A stretch of DNA of 64,000 nt from an uncultured Alphaproteobacteria bacterium (GTDB lineage Bacteria > Pseudomonadota > Alphaproteobacteria > HIMB59 > GCA-002718135). Location of the stretch: the NCBI GenBank assembly GCA_902621725.1, contig CACNND010000003.1, positions 47,782-111,781 of the forward strand, in the 5' to 3' direction. A model generated the notes under the pieces. It worked only from the letters and a program-made list of their open reading frames with translations. It did no database searches and was not told the DNA's origin. The first letter of the stretch is position 1. Each line of letters starts with the position of its first letter. The position numbers and the translations under genes are program-made. Below are positions 23,322-32,968 of the stretch, piece after piece.

Positions 23322-24125
23322 ATGTTTTTAAATAATTTTTTATCAAATCTTACTGTCTCAAGGGGAAGTGCATTTATTTGGGATAGTAAAATAAAAAATC
23401 TCAAAATATTATCAAATTTTAGATGTTTGGATTTAGATCTTCTGATTGGACTCGAAAGACAGAAAAAAACTATATTAAATAATACTATAAATTTTTCAGA
23501 GGGTAATTTTACAAATAATGCTTTACTATGGGGATCTAGGGGTAATGGTAAAAGTTCTCTAATTAAATCTGTTTTTAATGAAGTAAATAAAAAAAATAAA
23601 AACTTGAAATTAATACAATTAAATAAAAACAATATTTTTGATATTGAAATAATTTATGAAAATTATGCAAATTTAAAAAATTTTAATTTTATAATTTTTA
23701 TTGATGATTTATCATTTGAAAAAATAGATAGTGACTATAAAATAATTAAATCTACTTTGGATGGTAGTGTTCAAAATCAACCTAAGAATATTATTTTATA
23801 CGTTACCTCAAATAGAAGACATTTGATGCCAAGGGATATGATAGAAAATGAAAGATCTTCAGCAATTCATACAGATGAAAGTGTTGAGGAAAAAATAAGT
23901 TTAAGTGATCGATTTGGTTTATGGATTGGTTTTCATAATATTTCTCAAAGTGATTTTATAAAGATTATAGGTAAATATTGTGAAAAATTTAATTTACCAT
24001 TTAATGAAAATATAGAAAAAGATGCAATTAGATGGAGTATACAAAGAGGTAATAGAACAGGTAGATCAGCGTGGCAATTTATTATTAATTATGCAGCTGA
24101 GCAAAATAAAAAAATAGATTTTTAA
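23322..24125 (+). CDS. DUF815 family AAA+ ATPase
   Basis: NALLWGSRGNGKSS, FIDDLSFE, TSNRRHL, EEKISLSDRFGL; divergent from yajC, as in other alphaproteobacteria. Confidence 0.9.
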   Translation: MFLNNFLSNLTVSRGSAFIWDSKIKNLKILSNFRCLDLDLLIGLERQKKTILNNTINFSEGNFTNNALLWGSRGNGKSSLIKSVFNEVNKKNKNLKLIQLNKNNIFDIEIIYENYANLKNFNFIIFIDDLSFEKIDSDYKIIKSTLDGSVQNQPKNIILYVTSNRRHLMPRDMIENERSSAIHTDESVEEKISLSDRFGLWIGFHNISQSDFIKIIGKYCEKFNLPFNENIEKDAIRWSIQRGNRTGRSAWQFIINYAAEQNKKIDF

Positions 24126-24126
24126 T

Positions 24127-24852
24127 TTATTCAAAATCAAAATTTATTTTTTCTAGGCCAGAAACACCATCTTTTAAATGATAGATATTAATCTGATTTA
24201 GCTGTTCAACAAATCCATTCGCTAAGATTGATGATATATCTCCGTTCTGGCTTACAAAAATAACTTTTTCTCCAATTTGTACATTCTCTTTATACTTATC
24301 AAAAAAATTGGGGAAAAAATTTCCATTTTTATCAAATGCAGTTATTTGAATAGCACCAGGTATTTTGTTTGAATTAATGATTTCATCCTTATTTCTAATA
24401 TCTATAATTTTAAAATCATCAGTCATTGCTAATTTTAGTTGATAACCATCTATTTCTTTATACCCTGGCGGAATAACTTTTATTACTTCAATTTCAAAAA
24501 TAAGATTTGATTTTGGAGGGATTAAATTACCTGCACCACTTTCACCATATGCTAACTCATATGGAATAAAAATTGTTCTTTTACCTCCTTCTTTCATCCC
24601 AAGCAATCCAGTCTCCCAACCTAAGATTACTTGCCTTACCCCTATTTGAAAATCAAACAATTGCCCCCTATCGTAGGAATTATCAAAAATAGTATTATCT
24701 TCTAGTTTACCAATGTAATGAACAGATAATTTTGAGTGATTTTTTACTTCTAAACCATTTCCTATAGTTTCATTTAAAATTTTTACTTCGTTAGAAAAAG
24801 ATTTGAAGCTTAAGATACAAATAAATAAAAATAAAAAAATCTTTACCATCAA
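24127..24852 (-). CDS. FKBP-type peptidyl-prolyl isomerase with a C-terminal rhodanese-like domain
   Basis: Signal peptide; VHYIGKLED..FDNS, VILGWE, IPYELAYG, IPPKSNLIFEIE; then IIDIR...KIPGA...IYHLKDG. Confidence 0.88.
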   Translation of the reverse strand: MMVKIFLFLFICILSFKSFSNEVKILNETIGNGLEVKNHSKLSVHYIGKLEDNTIFDNSYDRGQLFDFQIGVRQVILGWETGLLGMKEGGKRTIFIPYELAYGESGAGNLIPPKSNLIFEIEVIKVIPPGYKEIDGYQLKLAMTDDFKIIDIRNKDEIINSNKIPGAIQITAFDKNGNFFPNFFDKYKENVQIGEKVIFVSQNGDISSILANGFVEQLNQINIYHLKDGVSGLEKINFDFE

Positions 24853-25727
24853 TTAGCTTCCTTTAATTGTTTAATTTGCGATGGCAATGAAACAATTCCA
24901 CTTAAAACTATCAATATTGCTCCAATATATGCATATAAATTCATATATTCATTAAATATAAATATTCCAACCAATGATGACCACAAAACCTGAAGGTAAA
25001 CTAAACTAAATACTGACGCATAATGTTTTTGTGCAATCTTAAATGCAGTAGTTGCAAAAAACATTGCTGAATTAATAAATAATGCAGCAGTTGATATTAA
25101 AAAAAATTCAAAAAAAGTTACTTTTAATGGATTCATTAAAAATAAAGGTATTGAAATTAAGTGAACAAAGAAACCACCATAAAGAAAGTATCCAATATTT
25201 GTAGTTACATGATTATATTTATTTACAACAAATGTTGTAATTGTAATTAATAATACCCCAATAAGCACAATTAGGTAATAAATATTAAAGCTTTCAAATC
25301 CTGGCTGTATAATAAATAGTACGCCTAAAAAACCAATTAACAAGGATATATATGTTAAAAAATTCAATTTTTCATTTAGAAAAAAAATAGCAAATATTGT
25401 TCCCATCAATGGAGCAGTCATATTTAATGTTGTGAATTCTGGAAGTTTAATTTGTTCAAGTGTAATAAAGGCAATAAAAGGCAGAGGAATATTTAAAAAA
25501 CCTCTGAAAACAGGTGGAAAATAATTAGTACATTTTATATTTTTTTTTAAAGTTCCATTAAAAAATAAATATAACGGGAAACATAAAAAAATTGGTATTC
25601 CATAGAAGATGAAATGATAAAATTTTACATCTGTTTGAGATAAATAGTTTATTATTGCATCATTTGTTACAAAAAAAATTCCAGCAAAAAATAAAAGAAT
25701 TGAAGAATAAATTATACTTTTTTTCAT
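24849..25727 (-). CDS. DMT/EamA family transporter
   Basis: About 10 TM segments; FLNEK and IFNE motifs. Confidence 0.85.
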   Translation of the reverse strand: MKKSIIYSSILLFFAGIFFVTNDAIINYLSQTDVKFYHFIFYGIPIFLCFPLYLFFNGTLKKNIKCTNYFPPVFRGFLNIPLPFIAFITLEQIKLPEFTTLNMTAPLMGTIFAIFFLNEKLNFLTYISLLIGFLGVLFIIQPGFESFNIYYLIVLIGVLLITITTFVVNKYNHVTTNIGYFLYGGFFVHLISIPLFLMNPLKVTFFEFFLISTAALFINSAMFFATTAFKIAQKHYASVFSLVYLQVLWSSLVGIFIFNEYMNLYAYIGAILIVLSGIVSLPSQIKQLKEAN

Positions 25728-25780
25728 ATAATGAATTGAAGGATTGTATGATAAAAAAAAGTACTTATATTGATACTACA

Positions 25781-26077
25781 ATGAATACAAACGAAATAAA
25801 AACTTATCGACTTATTATTAAAGGAAAAGTTCAAGGAGTAGGCTTCAGACATTGGTTTAGTGATCTAGCAATATCTTTGGGATTAAATGGATATATTCAA
25901 AATAAAGAAAGTAAAGATGAGGTAGAGGCTATAATTCAAGGAGATATGAAGAGTATACTATCTATTACTGAAAAAGCCAAAGATGGGCCATCACTTGCTC
26001 TAGTTGAAGGAGTTATTCCAAATAGTATAATTAGCAATGTCAAGTATTCAGGTTTTATAGTTAAATACGAAACTTAA
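25781..26077 (+). CDS. acyP: Acylphosphatase
   Basis: IKGKVQGVGFR, GYIQN, GPSLA; start trimmed to the ATG at 25781. Confidence 0.9.
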   Translation: MNTNEIKTYRLIIKGKVQGVGFRHWFSDLAISLGLNGYIQNKESKDEVEAIIQGDMKSILSITEKAKDGPSLALVEGVIPNSIISNVKYSGFIVKYET

Positions 26078-27408
26078 TTAAAAACTTGCTTTATAGTTTT
26101 ATGAAGAGAGTCAAATATTTCATCAATCTGATTTTTAGTAATTATAAACTGAGGACATAAAACAATTGCAGGTCCTAGAGGTCTGCAAATTAATCCATTA
26201 TCAATTGACAAATTAGCAACTTTATCACCCATGTTAAGATATCCTTCAAATGGTTCTTTTGTATCTTTATTTCTTACCATCTCTAATGCAGCCATAAGAC
26301 CTATTCCTCTAGTTTCTCCAATGTGCTCATAATCATTAAATTCATTTAATCTCTCAAAAAAATAGGGTTCCATCAACTTTACATTATCTAATAAACCTTC
26401 ATTCATAATTACATCTATTGCTTTCAAAGCAATTGCACATCCAACAGGATGACCCCCAGCTGTAAAACCATGTGGAAATTCTTCTGCTTCTTCTGATACT
26501 TCAACAAATTTATCTGAAAATTCTTTATTAACTATAACTGCTCCCATAGGAAAGTATCCAGCAGTTAAACATTTAGATGAGATAATTATATCTGGTTTGA
26601 TATTGTAAGTTTCACAACCCCATAAATTTCCAGTTCTACCAAATCCACAAATTACTTCATCTGCGATAAAAGGAATATTATATTTTTTTAATATAGGCTG
26701 AACTAAATCAAAATACGATTTTGAAGGAGGTATACAACCTCCTGCACCTTGAACAGGTTCTGCAACAAAACCTGCAATAGTTTCAGGATCTTCTTTGATG
26801 ATTTTTTCTTCTAAATTTTTGGCCATCCTAAGAGAAAATTCTTCTTCCGTTTCATTCTCTAATCCATATTTCCAATAATGAGGACATTCAATATGAATAA
26901 ATTCTTCAGATGGTAAACCAAACTCTTTATTATATGGTTTGGCTGTCATTGAAGAAGCTCCTAAAGTAACGCCATGATATCCATTAATTCTTGTTATAAT
27001 TTTTCGTCTATTTGGCTTTCCAATTCTTGCATTTAACATCCATAACATTTTGACCATGGTGTCATTTGCTTCAGACCCTGAATTACAAAAGAATACACGA
27101 CCTTGATCAAAAGGTGATACTTCAATAATTTTTTCAGATAACTGCAACGTTTCTTCAGACAATCTTCCAAATAAAGAATGATAGCCAGCAAATTTTTCAT
27201 ATTGTTTTTTTGCAACTTCAATTAAGCCAGGATGATCAAAACCAGCACACTGATTCCATAGACCAGAATTCCCATCTAGATATTTATTACCTTTAGTATC
27301 GTAAACATATATTCCTTTTCCATAAGAAATAACTAATGGACCTCTTTCATTTAATGACTTAAGATCAGTAAATCCGTATAAATGGCTTGAAATATTTCTT
27401 TGTAACAT
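26074..27408 (-). CDS. Class III PLP aminotransferase (omega-amine transaminase, Vibrio fluvialis/Paracoccus type)
   Basis: LYGFTD, NSGSEANDTMVKMLW, DEVICGFGRTG, SSKCLTAG, EFPHGFTAGGHPVGCA. Confidence 0.9.
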   Translation of the reverse strand: MLQRNISSHLYGFTDLKSLNERGPLVISYGKGIYVYDTKGNKYLDGNSGLWNQCAGFDHPGLIEVAKKQYEKFAGYHSLFGRLSEETLQLSEKIIEVSPFDQGRVFFCNSGSEANDTMVKMLWMLNARIGKPNRRKIITRINGYHGVTLGASSMTAKPYNKEFGLPSEEFIHIECPHYWKYGLENETEEEFSLRMAKNLEEKIIKEDPETIAGFVAEPVQGAGGCIPPSKSYFDLVQPILKKYNIPFIADEVICGFGRTGNLWGCETYNIKPDIIISSKCLTAGYFPMGAVIVNKEFSDKFVEVSEEAEEFPHGFTAGGHPVGCAIALKAIDVIMNEGLLDNVKLMEPYFFERLNEFNDYEHIGETRGIGLMAALEMVRNKDTKEPFEGYLNMGDKVANLSIDNGLICRPLGPAIVLCPQFIITKNQIDEIFDSLHKTIKQVFN

Positions 27409-27432
27409 ATCAGTTAAATATTTTTTTTTATT

Positions 27433-28326
27433 ATGAAAAGCAAGATTTTATTTTCAGTTGGGACGATAGGTGTAATTTTTATGATGGCTGGCCAACTATC
27501 ATTCTCTATAAATGATAGCTATGTCAAACTTATTGTAAAAAATATTGGTAATGACAATTCATTATATTCTGTAATTTTTATAAGAGGTTTATTTACCTCT
27601 AGCTTATTAGGTTTATATTTAATATTTTTTGAAAAAAAGAATTTAATTAAAATACTTTCAATCAAAAGTTTTCATGTCAGGGGTTTGTATGAAGTATTAA
27701 CAGCATTATTTTTTTTGGTTGGATTAATATTACTACCAATATCTGAGGTTTATACACTTTTAATGACTAATCCTTTCTTTGTCACAATTTTTGCTTTTCT
27801 TTTTTTGGGAGAGAAAGTTGGAATAAGAAGATGGTGTGCAGTTATTATTGGTTTCATAGGTGTGCTAGTTGTTGTAAATCCACAAAATTTTCAATTTAAT
27901 TATCTTTTACTATTACCTATTTTAGCTGCTATTTTTTTAACTATTAGAGATATTGCTACCAAGAGCTTAGCAACTAATTCAAATAGTGTTGAAATTACAT
28001 TTGTGACTGCTTTGTTGATTACTGGGTTTGCAGGGTTGGGTTCAATAATTTTTGGTTATCAAGTAAGCAGTGAAGATGTAAATTATATTCTTGTTTCTAG
28101 TATATTTGTTTTATTTGGATATTTATTTTCAGTATTAACAGTTTTTTATGCACCACTCTCTTTAACGGCCTCTGCAAGATACAGTGTGATTATATTTGGT
28201 ATGATTTTTGGGTATTTAATACTAGGTGAAACTCCAACTTATAATATGATTGTAGGTGCAATCATTATTACATTAAGTGGTTTATTTGTAATCAAAAGAG
28301 AAAAAGAAATAGGTAAAATTAAATAA
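27433..28326 (+). CDS. DMT/EamA family transporter
   Basis: FLGEKVGIRRW, GFIGVLVV, ILGETP. Confidence 0.88.
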   Translation: MKSKILFSVGTIGVIFMMAGQLSFSINDSYVKLIVKNIGNDNSLYSVIFIRGLFTSSLLGLYLIFFEKKNLIKILSIKSFHVRGLYEVLTALFFLVGLILLPISEVYTLLMTNPFFVTIFAFLFLGEKVGIRRWCAVIIGFIGVLVVVNPQNFQFNYLLLLPILAAIFLTIRDIATKSLATNSNSVEITFVTALLITGFAGLGSIIFGYQVSSEDVNYILVSSIFVLFGYLFSVLTVFYAPLSLTASARYSVIIFGMIFGYLILGETPTYNMIVGAIIITLSGLFVIKREKEIGKIK

Positions 28327-28330
28327 AAAT

Positions 28331-28774
28331 TTACTGATCCTTACAAAAATTATAAACTTCTTCAACATGACCTTTAACTTTAACTTTACTCCAGGAATTT
28401 AGAATTTTTCCATTTTTATCCATTACAAATGTAGATCTATCTATCCCAAAATATTTTCTACCGTACATAGATTTTTCTATCCAAATACCAAGTTTATCAC
28501 AATTTTTTCCTTCATCCGAACCAAGTGGGTATTTCAATTTATACTTATCTGAAAATTTTTTATTCCGATCAACAGGATCTTTAGAAGCTCCTATTACATC
28601 AAAGCCAATGTTATTAAATTTTGTTAAATATTTCTGAAAATCTGCAACTTCTACTGAGCATCCACCAGTTAACGCCTTAGGGTAAAAGAATAATACTGTT
28701 TTATTCTTTAATTTAGATGAATCAAACTCTTTGTCGTTTGTTAATTGTAGTTTTATTTTAGGAATTTTTTTCAT
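28331..28774 (-). CDS. bcp: Peroxiredoxin (BCP/PrxQ)
   Basis: FFYPKALTGGC, EKSMYGRKY.GIDRSTF, VKVKGH. Confidence 0.92.
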   Translation of the reverse strand: MKKIPKIKLQLTNDKEFDSSKLKNKTVLFFYPKALTGGCSVEVADFQKYLTKFNNIGFDVIGASKDPVDRNKKFSDKYKLKYPLGSDEGKNCDKLGIWIEKSMYGRKYFGIDRSTFVMDKNGKILNSWSKVKVKGHVEEVYNFCKDQ

Positions 28775-28776
28775 AA

Positions 28777-29898
28777 TTATACTACTAGTTTAAGACCGTA
28801 ACCGGCTTTTTTTACTCTTGTTTTAAAATAATTTTTATTAAATTTATTTAAGGTTGGCTTTGTATTTATTTGATTTACAACTTTAATTCCAGCTTTCTTA
28901 ATAGAATTTATTTTATTTTTATTATTTGTAATAAGATTAACTTTATTTATTTTTAATAATTTGAGTATTCTAGCTGCAATATTAAAATCTCTTTCATCAT
29001 CTAAAAAACCAATATTATGATCGGCGTCTATTGTATCCATACCCCTTGCTTGAAGAGAATAGGCTCTCATTTTATTAGCTAATCCTATTCCTCTACCTTC
29101 TTGTTCTAAATATAATATAATTCCACCATTATTTCTAACCATGTAATTGATTGATTGATTTAACTGTTCACCGCAATCACATTTTAAAGAATGAAAAATA
29201 TCACCTGTAAAACAAGCTGAATGTATTCTTAAATTAACAGATTTTTTATTTATTTTTTTTGGATTAACAATTATCGCTACATGTTTATCAGATCCAATAT
29301 ATGATTTGAATATTTTAAAATTAGAATTTTCATTTTTTGGTAGTGGAACTTTTGCACTAGAAACTAATTTGATACTTTCACAAATTAATTCATTTTGCTT
29401 CAATAAATCTTTGTAATCAAATATTAAAATTCCATTTTTAAATCCAAATTCATTTATATTTTTGTAATTTTTTTTATTAATTTTTTTAAAAACTAGAGAT
29501 GGTATCATTTTAGCATTTTTGGAAAGATCAATACAAACATTATGAAAATTTTTAGCTTTGAATTTTTTAATATTGGTAAATTTAATTACTTTATTATTGC
29601 TAAGAGGATTGACAAATAAATTTATTATTTGATTTACATCTGTTTTGGGATTTATCTCAAAATAAATATTACTTTTAATATTCTTATTAAAAATTGATTG
29701 AGCTTTTTGTTTAGTAATAAGTAAGTATTTTTTATCAAATAAGTGCTTATTGAATTGATTAAAAATTTTACTTTGGGAATGCTCTATATTAAAGAACATC
29801 CAATATTCCTTGTTATTCTGAATTATTAAGGGTCTTCCGGTCCTGAGTTCGTTAATTGCCCTGTCTATTATAGTTCCTGTATTAGATTTGAAACTCAT
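28777..29898 (-). CDS. ribA: GTP cyclohydrolase II with an N-terminal degenerate RibB-like region
   Basis: RIHSACFTGD, CDCGEQL, QEGRGIGLANKMRAY, LITNN; N-terminal RAINELRTGRP; likely start at ATG 29898. Confidence 0.92.
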   Translation of the reverse strand: MSFKSNTGTIIDRAINELRTGRPLIIQNNKEYWMFFNIEHSQSKIFNQFNKHLFDKKYLLITKQKAQSIFNKNIKSNIYFEINPKTDVNQIINLFVNPLSNNKVIKFTNIKKFKAKNFHNVCIDLSKNAKMIPSLVFKKINKKNYKNINEFGFKNGILIFDYKDLLKQNELICESIKLVSSAKVPLPKNENSNFKIFKSYIGSDKHVAIIVNPKKINKKSVNLRIHSACFTGDIFHSLKCDCGEQLNQSINYMVRNNGGIILYLEQEGRGIGLANKMRAYSLQARGMDTIDADHNIGFLDDERDFNIAARILKLLKINKVNLITNNKNKINSIKKAGIKVVNQINTKPTLNKFNKNYFKTRVKKAGYGLKLVV

Positions 29899-29934
29899 TA
29901 AAACTTTATATAGATATAATTGTAATAAAAACAA

Positions 29935-30768
29935 ATGATTACATCAAAAAATATAGGAATTTTACTAGATTTTATAAAAAATTCTAAAAAGAATAATGAT
30001 TTATATTTATTGGTTAAAAAAAATAGTATTTCTTTATCATCAAAAAGAAAAAGTAATTTTTACATAAGAAATAATAATCTGGAATCTAAAATTAATATAA
30101 GTAAATATTATCAATCTATCTTAAATATCCTTCTCCCGATATTAAGAAAAAACAAAAAATTAGTTATAGCTCAGATAGGACAAAGTATTGATGGTAGAAT
30201 TGCATTAAATAATGGAAATTCTCACTACATAAATAATCCTAAGAGTATAATTTATCTACATTGTTTAAGAAGTATCAGTGATGCAATTATTGTAGGCTCA
30301 AATACCATTAAAAAAGACGACCCCCTATTAACAACAAGAAAAATAAAGGGCACAAATCCAAAAAGAATTATTATCGATGGCAGTCTTTCTCTAAATAACA
30401 AATATAAAATATTTAATGACGGTAATGAAAATATAATTTTTACAAAAAGTAATAAAAATATTAGATTGAATAATTCAACAATAATAAGATTAAAAGAAAA
30501 AAATTTTACTAAAAATTTAATTACGCAAATAAAAAAACTTAAATATAAAAATATTTTAGTAGAGGGAGGATCAAAAACTATTTCAGAATTAATAAATAAT
30601 AAATATATTGATATTCTTCAATTTATGATTGCCCCAATATTAATAGGTTCCGGAATTAATTCATTAAATTTAAAAGTAATTTCAAATCTCAATAAAGCTA
30701 TCAGACCAAAACATAATTTTAATGAATTAGAAAATGAAATTATTGTTAATTTATTTCTTAATAGCTAA
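29935..30768 (+). CDS. RibD C-terminal-type reductase (no deaminase domain)
   Basis: AQIGQSIDGRIA, HCLRSISDAIIVG, DDPLLTTR, LVEGG, APILIGSG. Confidence 0.88.
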   Translation: MITSKNIGILLDFIKNSKKNNDLYLLVKKNSISLSSKRKSNFYIRNNNLESKINISKYYQSILNILLPILRKNKKLVIAQIGQSIDGRIALNNGNSHYINNPKSIIYLHCLRSISDAIIVGSNTIKKDDPLLTTRKIKGTNPKRIIIDGSLSLNNKYKIFNDGNENIIFTKSNKNIRLNNSTIIRLKEKNFTKNLITQIKKLKYKNILVEGGSKTISELINNKYIDILQFMIAPILIGSGINSLNLKVISNLNKAIRPKHNFNELENEIIVNLFLNS

Positions 30769-31539
30769 AAAATCTGTATTATTTAAAATAAATCTAGAAT
30801 TTTTTTCTTTAATACATTTTAAACGAAATTTTAACCAATCATCAAAGTTAAGTTTATTTTTTTGAATAATTTCTCTACAAAAATTTAAGAAATAAATTTG
30901 AAATTCATAATTTTTACTAACATCCCATGTAGAGTCTAAAACATATGTGTTATGAGACCTTTTAAATACTTTATTTATTAATTCAGTACAATCTGGTCCA
31001 ACGGCCACTTCACCTATTCCTTTGTCAGATTTTTGATCTTTATTAAAAATATTAAGAATTTTTTTATCATCCTTGTGTTTTGGAATAAATTTAAAATTAC
31101 CGTTATAATTTAAGGCAAAGTAGACAATTTCTGTATCAACATTTAATTTATGAAAATTTTTAAACCATGTTCTTGGAAGAATATCTAAAAAAGCAGATCC
31201 TGTAACTAAATTATAATCATTAAAATTTATTTTTTCTAGATTATTAATTACATCAACAATTTTAAATTTAGTTTTTTTTATTTTAGATGATAATTTTATA
31301 TTTTTTTTAAAATAATTTGTTGATTGATGTGATATATCTACAAAAGACCAATGTTGATTATTTAATAATCTTGATTTAAGAAATCTATAATTAGATCCAG
31401 CACCTGAACCTAAGTCAACTATTCTAATATTTTTTTTATTTTTAAATAATTTATTAATTAAATATAGTATTCTTTTGTTTCTTGAATTCCTATCGACAGT
31501 TTCTCTAAGATTTAACCATTTATTTTGAAATTCATGCAT
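30751..31539 (-). CDS. SAM-dependent methyltransferase-like protein
   Basis: WLNLRETVD, IVDLGSGAGSN, VTGSAFLD, FALNYNG. Confidence 0.8.
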   Translation of the reverse strand: MHEFQNKWLNLRETVDRNSRNKRILYLINKLFKNKKNIRIVDLGSGAGSNYRFLKSRLLNNQHWSFVDISHQSTNYFKKNIKLSSKIKKTKFKIVDVINNLEKINFNDYNLVTGSAFLDILPRTWFKNFHKLNVDTEIVYFALNYNGNFKFIPKHKDDKKILNIFNKDQKSDKGIGEVAVGPDCTELINKVFKRSHNTYVLDSTWDVSKNYEFQIYFLNFCREIIQKNKLNFDDWLKFRLKCIKEKNSRFILNNTDFLAIKK

Positions 31540-31540
31540 A

Positions 31541-32587
31541 TTAAATTAAATTAACAAATTTCTTAGCTGACTCTAGAGGAGTAAGAAGATATCTTTTATT
31601 TTTATGAATATCAATATTTAGTTTTTTAAAATTTTTTTTATTTAATATATTTTTAATAATTATATTTCTAAGATCATTTACTTCAAATTTTTTGAAATAA
31701 ATAACACCCTTTTTTCCTAGTGTATTTAAGATAGTATTAGTGAAAAAGGTTATAATTGGCTTTTTAATTATTAATGCATTTGCTAAAGACATACCAAAAC
31801 CTTCATATTTACTTACCGAAATGTAACAATCTGTTTTAGAATATAATTTAGCTAATTTTGTATCTGAAATAGTACCATGGAATATTATTTTTCTGTTCAT
31901 TGAATTTTTAGAAATAAATTTTTTGAGTTTTTTGTAATAACTTATATCTCTTGTAGTATCACCAACAATTTCTAAAATAAAATTATCTAAAGGCTTTAAA
32001 ACTTTTAATAAAAAAAGATAATTTTTTCTATTTATTATACTTCCACATGTTAAAAAATGAATTTTACTATTATTTTTAAAATTATATTTTGAAAGTCTTT
32101 CTATACCAGGTTCAACTACAGAAATTTTATTATTTAGTACCTTAAATTCATTTATTAATAAATTTTTTGTATTTTTAGAAGTAACAATAAATTTATTTAT
32201 TTTTTTGAAATTTTCTTTTTCTAATCGTAAGAATTTTTTTGACCTATGACTTTTAAATTCAAGATATAAAGGATGATGTATTAGGGCGATAACATTATAA
32301 GTAAGTATTTTTTTAAAAATGGAATACATTCCTTCTAAAGCTAATCCATCTATGATAATTTTAGAGTCAGGATCAATTTTATCTAAAATTTTTAGAAAAT
32401 ATTTTATATCGTTATTTGTAGGAAAAGGATAATTTTCACTTAGAGCAATTGGTCTAATATTTATATTTCTTATCTTTGCATATTCTAGGATATTTTTTTC
32501 ATAAATATATCCTCCAGTTTTTGCATTAATATTTCCTGGATAAACAAAATAGATATCAGATTTATTTTTAGATAACCTCTTTTTCAT
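31541..32587 (-). CDS. Glycosyltransferase (GT4/group 1)
   Basis: TGGYIYE, IIDGL, LIHHPL, GSIINRKNY, SKYEGFGMSLANAL; likely start at ATG 32587, overlapping the upstream gene. Confidence 0.88.
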   Translation of the reverse strand: MKKRLSKNKSDIYFVYPGNINAKTGGYIYEKNILEYAKIRNINIRPIALSENYPFPTNNDIKYFLKILDKIDPDSKIIIDGLALEGMYSIFKKILTYNVIALIHHPLYLEFKSHRSKKFLRLEKENFKKINKFIVTSKNTKNLLINEFKVLNNKISVVEPGIERLSKYNFKNNSKIHFLTCGSIINRKNYLFLLKVLKPLDNFILEIVGDTTRDISYYKKLKKFISKNSMNRKIIFHGTISDTKLAKLYSKTDCYISVSKYEGFGMSLANALIIKKPIITFFTNTILNTLGKKGVIYFKKFEVNDLRNIIIKNILNKKNFKKLNIDIHKNKRYLLTPLESAKKFVNLI

Positions 32588-32966
32588 ATGATGCCCATGC
32601 AACATTTGATTCTTGCAAGGTTATTTTAATTTTTTTTAAAGATTTATAATCTTCAGAGAATTCATTTCTTAGTCTATTCAAGATCTTATTGCAGATATCC
32701 TCTGCTAAAAACTCTGTTGAGGTAATTTTTCCCTTAAATTCATCAATTTCATCTAAATTTTGATAATTATATATTTTAAGAATATCTTTTAAAGTCGTGG
32801 ACACTATTCCTAAATCCATAATTATATTGTATTTATTAAGTTTATCAGTGAAAAATTCTGCATCTACTAAATATGTAGCTCCATGCATATTTTGAGCTGG
32901 TCCAAATACTTCTCCAGGTAAAGAATGAGCTATTAGAATATTTTCTCTTACTTTTATAGAATACAT
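32568..32966 (-). CDS. 6-pyruvoyl-tetrahydropterin synthase/QueD-like T-fold protein
   Basis: IAHSLPGEVFGPAQNMHGATY, YQNLDE, STEFLAE, TLQES. Confidence 0.88.
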   Translation of the reverse strand: MYSIKVRENILIAHSLPGEVFGPAQNMHGATYLVDAEFFTDKLNKYNIIMDLGIVSTTLKDILKIYNYQNLDEIDEFKGKITSTEFLAEDICNKILNRLRNEFSEDYKSLKKIKITLQESNVAWASYEKEVI

Positions 32967-32968
32967 TA

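Noticed and set aside
32568-32966. Calling this gene queD (queuosine or 7-deazaguanine DNA modification)
   Set aside because: It lacks the CxxxHGH motif, and no queC, queE, folE or dpdA is nearby.
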